Origin: a virus
Lineage: Duplodnaviria; Caudoviricetes
Virus record (IMG/VR): IMGVR_UViG_3300027693_000014
Location: 1 to 33,686 of that record
Reading direction: 5' to 3' (one strand)
Length of the DNA stretch: 33,686 nucleotides
Part shown: positions 26,203 to 33,686 of the stretch, piece after piece
Numbering within the stretch: the stretch's first letter is position 1
Layout of the letters: each line of letters opens with the position of its first letter
Position numbers and translations under genes: made by a program
The notes under the pieces: generated by a model
Databases searched by the model: none
What the model saw: the letters and a program-made list of their open reading frames with translations, nothing else
What the model was told of the DNA's origin: nothing

Positions 26203-27011
26203 GCCAACGCAAGGACATCATGCGCCGACTAGGCATCTTCGCCCTGCCGACAAGCAAGCGCAAGCTGACCATCGACCAAGCCGAAGCGGCGCTCAAGCGC
26301 CTTGGGTATACGCTTGACTTCCGCAGCGGGCAGACCAACCCGCCAACGTGGCAAACCTCCTACGAGGTGAAGCAGCCGAACGGCGTTGTCAAGCGCATGA
26401 CGGTAGACCAGATTAAAGCCCTGATGCAGCGGTCGAGGTTCGATAGCAACTGCGGCATTGGTAAGGGCGGGTTCAAACCCGGCAACACCTGCGGCGCTGA
26501 AAGCGGCGGCGGCGGTTCGTCATCGAAGCCAAGCGACACCGTGCGCGGCATTGAAGACCGCGCCAAGGCGGCTGGGAAGTCGTTCACGGAGCAATGGCTA
26601 TCGGAAACGCGCTCGGACATTACCCGCCAGTACGACCAACGCGATGCGCGGGAGGCAAAGAAGGCGGCGGACACCATTCGCAAGAAGGAAGCCGAACTCG
26701 CTGAAGTGAAGCGACAAGGCCCACAGGCACGCGCTGGCGGGTTGCCTGAAAAGGCAAAGACCATCCGCGCCCTTGAAGGTCAACTCGACAAGGCAAAGCA
26801 GGACGTGGAAACCCTACGCAAGCAGCATGAAGCCGCTGCCAAGGCAAGCGAAGCCGCAATGCGTACTATGCGCGAGAAGCGTGCAGCGCAGAACACCCCA
26901 GAGGCTAAACGCGCTGCCGACATTGCACGCTCCAACAAACAAGCCCTCAGCATGGTGAATCGAGAGCGCAAGCAGCGCGGGCTTCCACCACTCAACAAAC
27001 TCCCGGACTAA
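26199..27011 (+). CDS. Head-region protein B with shared RLG[FI] leader and NCGxGxGGFKPGNTC motif
   Basis: GTGA overlap; MSQRKDIMRRLGIFA leader; basic coiled-coil C-terminus. Confidence 0.7.
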   Translation: MSQRKDIMRRLGIFALPTSKRKLTIDQAEAALKRLGYTLDFRSGQTNPPTWQTSYEVKQPNGVVKRMTVDQIKALMQRSRFDSNCGIGKGGFKPGNTCGAESGGGGSSSKPSDTVRGIEDRAKAAGKSFTEQWLSETRSDITRQYDQRDAREAKKAADTIRKKEAELAEVKRQGPQARAGGLPEKAKTIRALEGQLDKAKQDVETLRKQHEAAAKASEAAMRTMREKRAAQNTPEAKRAADIARSNKQALSMVNRERKQRGLPPLNKLPD

Positions 27012-27017
27012 GCCAAG

Positions 27018-28511
27018 ATGCCCGACCCGATCAACAACCCGCTCTCGCAACGTCAGTCGATCCCCGGCGCAGGATTGCCACCAACCAAGCGACCGCGCAA
27101 GCCGCTGCCGCCTCCGATTGATCGTGGACTGACCGGGCCGCTCGCCATGCCCGTGGAAGTGCAGCGGACGTTCTTCCGTACCGCCAGCCTGATGCTGCGG
27201 AACTCCAGCCTCGCGTACCGCCTTGACCCGAACTATCAAGCGATGATGCGGGCAGATGCGGACATCGAGGGCGTGCTGCGCTCTTTGCTTGTGACCCTTG
27301 CCGGGTTGGAGTGGAACGTCCTTTCCGACGACGAATCAGATCCGCGCCTCGTCAAGCTCGCCGAGCGCATTGCTGAGATCATCAGCGCAGCCCCGCGCCG
27401 TAGCGATATGTTCCGCTCCCTGCACGAAGCCGTTTGGTATGGGTGCAGCGCCGTGAACGTGGTTTACGACCGCGACCCGCGCCTTGGGGTACGCATCCGC
27501 GAATGGCTTCCGCTCGCCTCCGATACCCTCGCCTTTGACCAGACCGGGAACGTGGCGATGCGCGTTGGTAGCGCCTACATCAACGAGGCATCCGTCACCG
27601 ACCTCGGCTTTGACTCGCTCGTCCACCTGTTTGACGACAACGAACGCCGCGCCATCGTCTTGCACCGCGTCTTTACCACCGCGCCAAACTTCATCGACCC
27701 GAACAGTGCCGAGACGGTTTACCGTGGCGTAGGTGCGCGAGATGTCTGCTGGTACATCTGGCTCTTGAAGCAGGAAGTCCTACAGAACGCCGCCGCCTAT
27801 GTGGAGCGGTACGCGCTCGGCATCCGCGTTGGGTACTACCCAGCAGGGAACGATGCCGCCAAGAGCGAGATGATGACCATCTTGCAGAACTTGGTCAATG
27901 ACAACTCGGTCGTTCTGCCCCGTATTTCGCCGACCGAGTCCATGTACGACATCGACATCAAGGACGCGAACGGTGGCCGCGCCCAGATCTTCATGGAGTT
28001 GGTCAACTGGCTCTCGGGCAAACTCAAGGAAGCAATCCTCGGTCAGTCGCTCTCTAGCGAGGCTGGCGGGACGGGTATGGGGTCAGGCGTTGCCGACCTC
28101 CACGCCGATACCCTTTCCCGCGTTATCCGCTATCACGCGGATTGCCTCGCGGAGAGCCTGACCACCGACCTCGTCCGCATCATTGCCGGGATGCTCGGAG
28201 CCTCCGAAGAGGATGCCCGCCGTATTCGGTTCGTCTTTGCCCCGGAGCGCCCGAACCCGAAGGAGCGGCTCGAAGCAATTCAGACGTTCATCCAAATGGG
28301 TGGCCGCGTCAGCGAGCGCGAAGTCCGCGACCTCCTCGGTCTGTCCGACCCGGAAGACGGAGAATCCGTCCTCGGCGGTCAAGCCGCAGGCAGCGCGGGC
28401 GCATCGTCAAACCCGCTCTCCGCCATGCTCGGGCAGGGCAACGAGAGCGAGGGCGACGAGCCAGCCCCTGAAGCGCCGAAGGTAGCCGCCGTCCGTAAGC
28501 GCAAGCGATGA
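27018..28511 (+). CDS. Portal protein (Mu gp29/DUF935-like)
   Basis: AVWYGCSAVNVVY, YVERYALGIRVGYY and AILGQSLSSE...G.A.LH motifs. Confidence 0.88.
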   Translation: MPDPINNPLSQRQSIPGAGLPPTKRPRKPLPPPIDRGLTGPLAMPVEVQRTFFRTASLMLRNSSLAYRLDPNYQAMMRADADIEGVLRSLLVTLAGLEWNVLSDDESDPRLVKLAERIAEIISAAPRRSDMFRSLHEAVWYGCSAVNVVYDRDPRLGVRIREWLPLASDTLAFDQTGNVAMRVGSAYINEASVTDLGFDSLVHLFDDNERRAIVLHRVFTTAPNFIDPNSAETVYRGVGARDVCWYIWLLKQEVLQNAAAYVERYALGIRVGYYPAGNDAAKSEMMTILQNLVNDNSVVLPRISPTESMYDIDIKDANGGRAQIFMELVNWLSGKLKEAILGQSLSSEAGGTGMGSGVADLHADTLSRVIRYHADCLAESLTTDLVRIIAGMLGASEEDARRIRFVFAPERPNPKERLEAIQTFIQMGGRVSEREVRDLLGLSDPEDGESVLGGQAAGSAGASSNPLSAMLGQGNESEGDEPAPEAPKVAAVRKRKR

Positions 28512-29590
28512 CAAAAGCCGACCTCGACAAGCACCTCCGCAAAGTCCTGCGCCAGTCGCAGCAGGCGTACCGTAGGGCGGTCGCGGCTCAGGTTAGGGGC
28601 GAAGATGCCCTTGCCGCGTGGGCGGAGTTCCACGAGGCAACGGCGGCGCTCCTGATGGCATCGTGGCTCTTTGGGGCGCGTGACACCGTGGACACCGCCA
28701 AGATCCCAGACGGGGCTATCGAGGGAATGCTGGACGATGGGGACGCGGTCAAGTTCGACCGAGACGTACCGATCTCTCTTGAGGGCTTCGGGACGAAGTG
28801 GATGGCTCCAATCACGGGCTGGTTCCGTAAGCGCGTCCCGATTACCCGCGCCGACTGGGATTTACTCATCAAGGCAGCAGCCGCTAGCGCTGGGGACGTG
28901 ACCGATCACGAGCGCGAAAACGCCCTTCCTGACCTCCGCAAGCAGTCCCCGATCCTCGACTCGTTGTTACGTGGTGTTACACGAGGGCCGCAAGGGGCTA
29001 TCTCCCGGGTCAAGCGGATCGTTGATACCACCTTCTTTGTGACCGCCATGCCTGTCGCACAGGCGCGGATGGTGCAGGAACTGATCGCGCAGGTCATCGA
29101 GGAGCGCCCCACCAAGAGCGTGGTCGGCAAGCTCATCAAGACCATGAACCTCGGCGACTTCGTGACCACCGCCCAACTGATGACCGGGACAGGGCTAACG
29201 TCCTCCCGCCTTGAAACCGTCCTGCGGACGAACACCAACCGCGCCATGACCGAGGGCAGCGCCGAAGTCCTACGCGACGAGCGGGTGCAGGCTTTCGTCC
29301 CGCTAGTGCAATTCAGCGCCACCAAAGACCCGCGCACGCGGGACACGCACCGAGCCTTTGACGGCTACGTCGGGACGATGGCAGACTTCGACCGCCTTGG
29401 AATTTCACCCCCATTGGGCTTCAACTGCCGCTGCGCCATCATTCCCGTCCCTGCCGCCGAGGCTATGCGCGAGCGATGGACGCGCCCGAACGGGACGATA
29501 GACCCAGCCGCTATTGCCAAGCACAACGGAGCGCGTCAGCGCCTAGTGGACACGCGCCAAGTTCCTGACCCCGGTTTCGTAAACGCATAA
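28508..29590 (+). CDS. MuF / Mu gp30-like minor head protein
   Basis: RLETVLRTN, D.RTR.TH and PPLGFNCRCAIIP motifs. Confidence 0.9.
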   Translation: MTKADLDKHLRKVLRQSQQAYRRAVAAQVRGEDALAAWAEFHEATAALLMASWLFGARDTVDTAKIPDGAIEGMLDDGDAVKFDRDVPISLEGFGTKWMAPITGWFRKRVPITRADWDLLIKAAAASAGDVTDHERENALPDLRKQSPILDSLLRGVTRGPQGAISRVKRIVDTTFFVTAMPVAQARMVQELIAQVIEERPTKSVVGKLIKTMNLGDFVTTAQLMTGTGLTSSRLETVLRTNTNRAMTEGSAEVLRDERVQAFVPLVQFSATKDPRTRDTHRAFDGYVGTMADFDRLGISPPLGFNCRCAIIPVPAAEAMRERWTRPNGTIDPAAIAKHNGARQRLVDTRQVPDPGFVNA

Positions 29591-29600
29591 ATAAATCGCA

Positions 29601-30614
29601 ATGGAGATCGCTACGATGCACGACATGAGCAAGGAGACATTTCTTCGGCCGGATCAACTGAAGCGCGGAGTCGAGATTGAGCTGACGCAGCGCCCAGAAT
29701 GGGGAACGGCATTCATCCGTGGCCGGGTTCAAGGAAAACCCCAATTATGGGATGTCTCAAAGAGCATGGACAAGCGCGGCAGATTCATTGACGAGGATGA
29801 GCTTCTACAACATTGGAGAACACCGAATATGAGCAACACACGCAAGGAAATTGCCGCCCGTCTTGGATTTGCTGCTGGCAACGGCGCGAAGATGGCGTTT
29901 GCCCCTCAAATTGACGAAGCTGAGCAAGAATTAAAGGCTTGGACAAAGAAGCTCGGGTATTACCCTGATATGGCAAAGGTCAATATCAGACCTAATACCG
30001 TAATGCTTTGGTTTTACGACCAAAAAGGCAAGGCAACGCAATTAGCATCAAAGCTTCGCAGCGTTGCGGCAAGCATGAATCTTTCGCCATCCGCAATTAC
30101 TTCAGAAGAAGGACGACACCCAGCGTATGACGGCGGGGCTGCTCGGGATGTTGGACAGGTGACGGTTGATTACAACCGTAGTACGAAATCCTCCCGCCCC
30201 GGCGCGAAGGCAAAATTTGAAATTTCTTCATATGAGCAAGCGGAATATCAAATTGCATTAAGTGAAGAACGCATTGCGTCTTATCGCAAGGCACTTGCAA
30301 ACACCGAAGCAATGATTAGAAACGCTAACAGTTTGATGCGTACCGCTGATTCAGGTGACAAGAAAGCAATGAAAGAAGTCATTGGCATTGCGCGAATGTT
30401 GGAATCAACAATGAAATCTCGCGGTTTCTCGCGCCCCGGCACAAAGACCAGCATGACCCGCGAGCAGACCGAGGAGCAGAAGGCAGGGCTGAAGATCATG
30501 TCCGCCGCTGACCCAGCCGTCGGCGAAAAAATAGCCACCCTCATCAAAGAAGGCAAGCCACAAGACCAAGCGGTCGCAATCGCGCTCGACATGAAGCGCA
30601 GAGGAGAGATCTGA
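29601..30614 (+). CDS. Modular head-region polyprotein C
   Basis: Internal MSNTRKEIAARLGFAA leader at 29829; linkers near 29868, 30189 and 30426; C-terminal EGKPQDQAVAIAL motif; true start may be 29616 or 29625. Confidence 0.75.
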   Translation: MEIATMHDMSKETFLRPDQLKRGVEIELTQRPEWGTAFIRGRVQGKPQLWDVSKSMDKRGRFIDEDELLQHWRTPNMSNTRKEIAARLGFAAGNGAKMAFAPQIDEAEQELKAWTKKLGYYPDMAKVNIRPNTVMLWFYDQKGKATQLASKLRSVAASMNLSPSAITSEEGRHPAYDGGAARDVGQVTVDYNRSTKSSRPGAKAKFEISSYEQAEYQIALSEERIASYRKALANTEAMIRNANSLMRTADSGDKKAMKEVIGIARMLESTMKSRGFSRPGTKTSMTREQTEEQKAGLKIMSAADPAVGEKIATLIKEGKPQDQAVAIALDMKRRGEI

Positions 30615-31765
30615 TGCCACAAGCATTTCTATCAACTAGTGTCCCCGCCTATTCGCTGCTTGACTACTCAGCAGCAAGTGCGTCCTACGCATCAGTCGCT
30701 CCAACGGCGACCAAGCCCACCACAGGAGTGATCTACGATTCTCCGAGCAGCTTGCCAAGCTTGCTTCGTGTCCTCCCTTTCAGCAGCGTAAACAACGCTA
30801 CTACGGTTGGTCTTCGTGTTGTTGGCTGGACGCAAGGGTCAATTCCAAGGCGGTATAGCAATCGTGTGCCATACTCGCAGCAGTTTGACAATGCAACGTG
30901 GACAAAATCCGCCGTCACCGTATCTGCAAATACTGAAACAGCACCAAACAGTACGACTACGGCAGACGTGTTGCTTGAAACTACTGCAAATTCAGGTCAC
31001 AACACATATTGGAATACTTCTGATAGCGGATGGGCAACCGGAACCTATGCGTTTTCGGTACATCTTAAAGCCGGAAAGGGGCGCGATTTTGCCACCGTCA
31101 CTCTTGGAAATAGCCCTTCCACTCAATACTACCGAGTTTGCTTCAATCTTTTGACTGGCGAGGTTACGCAAACAGACACTCAAACAGGTGGCGGAAGTGT
31201 CGGCTCGGTTGGTTACGCGGTAACCAATGCAGGAAATGGATGGTGGAGAGTTACCATCTATGGCAATGCCATGCAGTTCTATTTGATTGCCCCGAGCCGC
31301 ACAGGCACACCGCCAACGGCTGGAGGTTGGGGCCAAGATAGTTATGCCGGGGACATCACAAAGGGTATCGTAGTATGGGGCGCACAAGCCGAATTCGGAA
31401 CTACAGCGTCTCCTTATGTGGAAACGACTGCTCCTGCATCTGGCAACATTGCAAATGTGACGGCAATTGATTCGACCGTAGCGGCAACTCCGGTTTGGTT
31501 CTCAACGATCTTGGGCGATTTCACGCTGACGTATACGTCTGGAACCGTCCCTAGCATTGTCGTCAACAACAACTCAACCTACATCTTCAGCACGTTGACA
31601 CAAATAGCAATTAGCCCAGACGCAAGTCTGTATCAACCCGCCAAGGTGACCGCATCGGACTTGGGGACAACATCGGTTCTCATTGACCCTATTGGGAACC
31701 AGCTTGTGCAATTGCAGTTCAAGGCAAATAGTGGAAACATGGGCGCGTTTTGGTGTTCGATCTAA
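30614..31765 (+). CDS. Virion surface protein with head-spike/carbohydrate-binding-like domain
   Basis: N..PYSQQFDNATW, TAP..TTTAD, GNGWWRV and VWGAQAEFG..ASPYV.T motifs. Confidence 0.6.
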   Translation: MPQAFLSTSVPAYSLLDYSAASASYASVAPTATKPTTGVIYDSPSSLPSLLRVLPFSSVNNATTVGLRVVGWTQGSIPRRYSNRVPYSQQFDNATWTKSAVTVSANTETAPNSTTTADVLLETTANSGHNTYWNTSDSGWATGTYAFSVHLKAGKGRDFATVTLGNSPSTQYYRVCFNLLTGEVTQTDTQTGGGSVGSVGYAVTNAGNGWWRVTIYGNAMQFYLIAPSRTGTPPTAGGWGQDSYAGDITKGIVVWGAQAEFGTTASPYVETTAPASGNIANVTAIDSTVAATPVWFSTILGDFTLTYTSGTVPSIVVNNNSTYIFSTLTQIAISPDASLYQPAKVTASDLGTTSVLIDPIGNQLVQLQFKANSGNMGAFWCSI

Positions 31766-32796
31766 TGAGGAATCGGCTTTCAAATGTCATTCGGAGATTC
31801 CGTAGACCCGGATTAACGGGTGGAGGATATTTCTATGACTTATACGCGCCTAACACGGCTGCTTTGACGGTTTCGGACTATCAAGCAATTCAGCAACGCA
31901 CCGCGCAAACGCTTGAATTCCGACGCACCATTGTCGAAAACAACCGGATGCAATACGCGTCGCCGGGATCTCGTGTTTCGTTCCAGACGAACGCCGAAAG
32001 GCTACGGCTGAATCTGTACTGGAACGCTGAGGTTTACAACGTCATCAGCGGAAACGCCACATTTAATGGGGTGGGATCGGTTCTATCCAATGGAACCGAG
32101 ATCGGTACATTTGATTGGTCGCAGCCCCTTGTGAAGGGATATTCAACTCCGACCTATCCTCTTGCAACGGGAACCAAGACGGTCACGATTGTTTGGCCGT
32201 ACAGCGCGGGACTTCAATTGCAATCGGTAGATTTGCAGCGCGGCGCAAGCCTAGTAGCAGCAACACGGCCAGCGAACAAGATTGGCATCTGTGGAGACAG
32301 CATTTCCCAAGGCTTTGAATCTAGCAAAATCACTACGACATGGGCTTATCTTCTCGGCAACACGCAGAGCAGACAGGTCATCAACTTGGCGAATGCGGGA
32401 GTGCCAGCAGACGCAAGCCATGCGACTGCGCTTACAGGAACAGGCTGCGACCGCGTGACCTATATGATCGGGTACAACGACTTTGCATCTCAAACGGCGC
32501 TAGTGACATTTCAGAACGCCGTTCAGGGCTGGATTACCAATGCGCGAGCGGCTTTGCCTTCTGCGCGGATATATGTGATCTCGACCATCTACTCGCCAAA
32601 CACAAATACAATCACGCTAGCGCAGTATCGAAGCGCGGTGCAAGCGGCTGAACTGGCGGCTGGTGACGCAAATACGTTCTACATTGATGGTTTGTCGATT
32701 ATGACAAACAACACCAATCGACTAAGCGGAACGATTCATCCAAATGACCTTGGCGCGTCCGAAATTGCTACAAACTTGCAGCCATTAATTACATGA
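31765..32796 (+). CDS. SGNH/GDSL hydrolase-family protein
   Basis: GDSISQG, NLANAG, IGYND and IHPND blocks; start placed at the TAATG overlap. Confidence 0.85.
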   Translation: MRNRLSNVIRRFRRPGLTGGGYFYDLYAPNTAALTVSDYQAIQQRTAQTLEFRRTIVENNRMQYASPGSRVSFQTNAERLRLNLYWNAEVYNVISGNATFNGVGSVLSNGTEIGTFDWSQPLVKGYSTPTYPLATGTKTVTIVWPYSAGLQLQSVDLQRGASLVAATRPANKIGICGDSISQGFESSKITTTWAYLLGNTQSRQVINLANAGVPADASHATALTGTGCDRVTYMIGYNDFASQTALVTFQNAVQGWITNARAALPSARIYVISTIYSPNTNTITLAQYRSAVQAAELAAGDANTFYIDGLSIMTNNTNRLSGTIHPNDLGASEIATNLQPLIT

Positions 32797-33686
32797 GCAG
32801 CATTGATCTCAAACCAACCACCGAGATGGCATCCAATGCAACCCGTGGCCTTGAGCTGCGCGAGAAGCACGGCAGGGGTGGCACGGAGATCGGCGTAGCG
32901 CGGGCGCGTGACATCAAGAACCGGGCGAACCTGTCACCCGAAACCGTGCGCCGCATGGTGTCCTACTTCGCTCGGCACGAGGTTGACAAGCAGGGCGAGG
33001 GCTGGGGCAAGGATTCCGCTGGGTATATCGCGTGGCTCCTGTGGGGCGGCGATGCTGGCAAGGCATGGGCAGAGCGCAAAGACAAGGAACTCGACCGCAA
33101 GGAGGAGAAGACCGTGAACGCAAAGACATCTCACACAGTCGCCGAGGATGGCGACAAGGTAATGATTGAGCGCGTCGAACTGTTCATGGCGTTTGACCCA
33201 GCCATCGACGACGGCGAGGCTGACCCGGAACTCAAGCGTTTCAACAACAAGCGCCTCAAGGACATCGTTGCATCAACGCGCAAGCACATGGCTCGCGGCT
33301 CGTTCCCCCGCCTCGTCATCATGCACGAGAAGGACGGCAAGGAACCGAAGTCCGCTGTCGGTCGATTCCCCACAATTTCCTACGAAGAACGCGATGGAAT
33401 TGGGTACATTGTGGGCGACATGGAAGTCAACCGCGATATTTTCGACCGCTTCATTGCCACCAACGCCTTCCCGCGTCGGTCGGCTGAGATCTGGTCAGGC
33501 TCAAACCATCTATCCGAGGTGGCGTTGCTCGGGCGTGAAACCCCGCGCCGTCCCCTCCCGGACACCCATTTCACCCGCAAGGGCGAGAAGATCACTTGTT
33601 CAAAGTCCAACCATGACCTCGTCGGGGCTGGTGGCGGACTCAATACATTCATCCCGACGACTACCAAGGAGGAGGCCAGCATGGCA
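32793..33686 (+). CDS. 5' part of prohead protease/scaffold (continues at 171-773), with an extra N-terminal domain
   Basis: Open from ATG 32793 to the contig end (missed by the ORF track); RLVIMHE...SAVG, FPRRSAEI and LSEVALLG..P match the Mu-type protease H/S layout. Confidence 0.8.
   Translation, partial: MSSIDLKPTTEMASNATRGLELREKHGRGGTEIGVARARDIKNRANLSPETVRRMVSYFARHEVDKQGEGWGKDSAGYIAWLLWGGDAGKAWAERKDKELDRKEEKTVNAKTSHTVAEDGDKVMIERVELFMAFDPAIDDGEADPELKRFNNKRLKDIVASTRKHMARGSFPRLVIMHEKDGKEPKSAVGRFPTISYEERDGIGYIVGDMEVNRDIFDRFIATNAFPRRSAEIWSGSNHLSEVALLGRETPRRPLPDTHFTRKGEKITCSKSNHDLVGAGGGLNTFIPTTTKEEASMA
33517..33686. repeat. Terminal direct repeat, right copy
   Basis: Matches 1-170. Confidence 0.97.

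Noticed and set aside
22572-29617. TACGAT before terS (22572), polyprotein A (24431) and polyprotein C (29612) as a late promoter motif
   Set aside because: A 6-mer with inconsistent distances to starts and no shared upstream element; could be chance.

Overview
The window is an essentially complete, circular ~33.5 kb tailed-phage genome. Bases 1-170 recur at 33517-33686, giving a unit length of 33,516 bp, and one gene spans the join. The + strand carries a Mu-like head module (terminase, gp29-like portal, MuF, protease/scaffold, cement, major capsid) and a sheath-less tail module (adaptor, tube, frameshifted chaperone, very short tape measure, tail-tip proteins, Gly-rich fibre). It also carries a membrane/lysis cluster with no recognisable endolysin and a Cys-rich gene pair. 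The - strand (14453-20524) is an early operon: Gp157-like, ERF, RusA, HTH proteins, a CsrA-like protein, a Dam-type methyltransferase and small genes separated by repeated structured spacers. A divergent replication gene with four internal iterons follows. I found no integrase, transposase, polymerase, tRNA or CRISPR array. The most striking feature is a set of head-region ORFs (24466-26202, 26199-27011, 29601-30614) that share a leader (K-[DE]-I-x-x-R-L-G-[FI]). Two of them are built of unrelated ~70-100 aa modules joined by a recurring linker ([FSA]-[AS]-R-P-G-x-K-A-x-[FM]), and a linker-like motif also sits at the protease/scaffold boundary. I infer a protease-processed, shufflable capsid-cargo polyprotein system. 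All protein calls come from motif recognition by eye and gene order; no database search was run.
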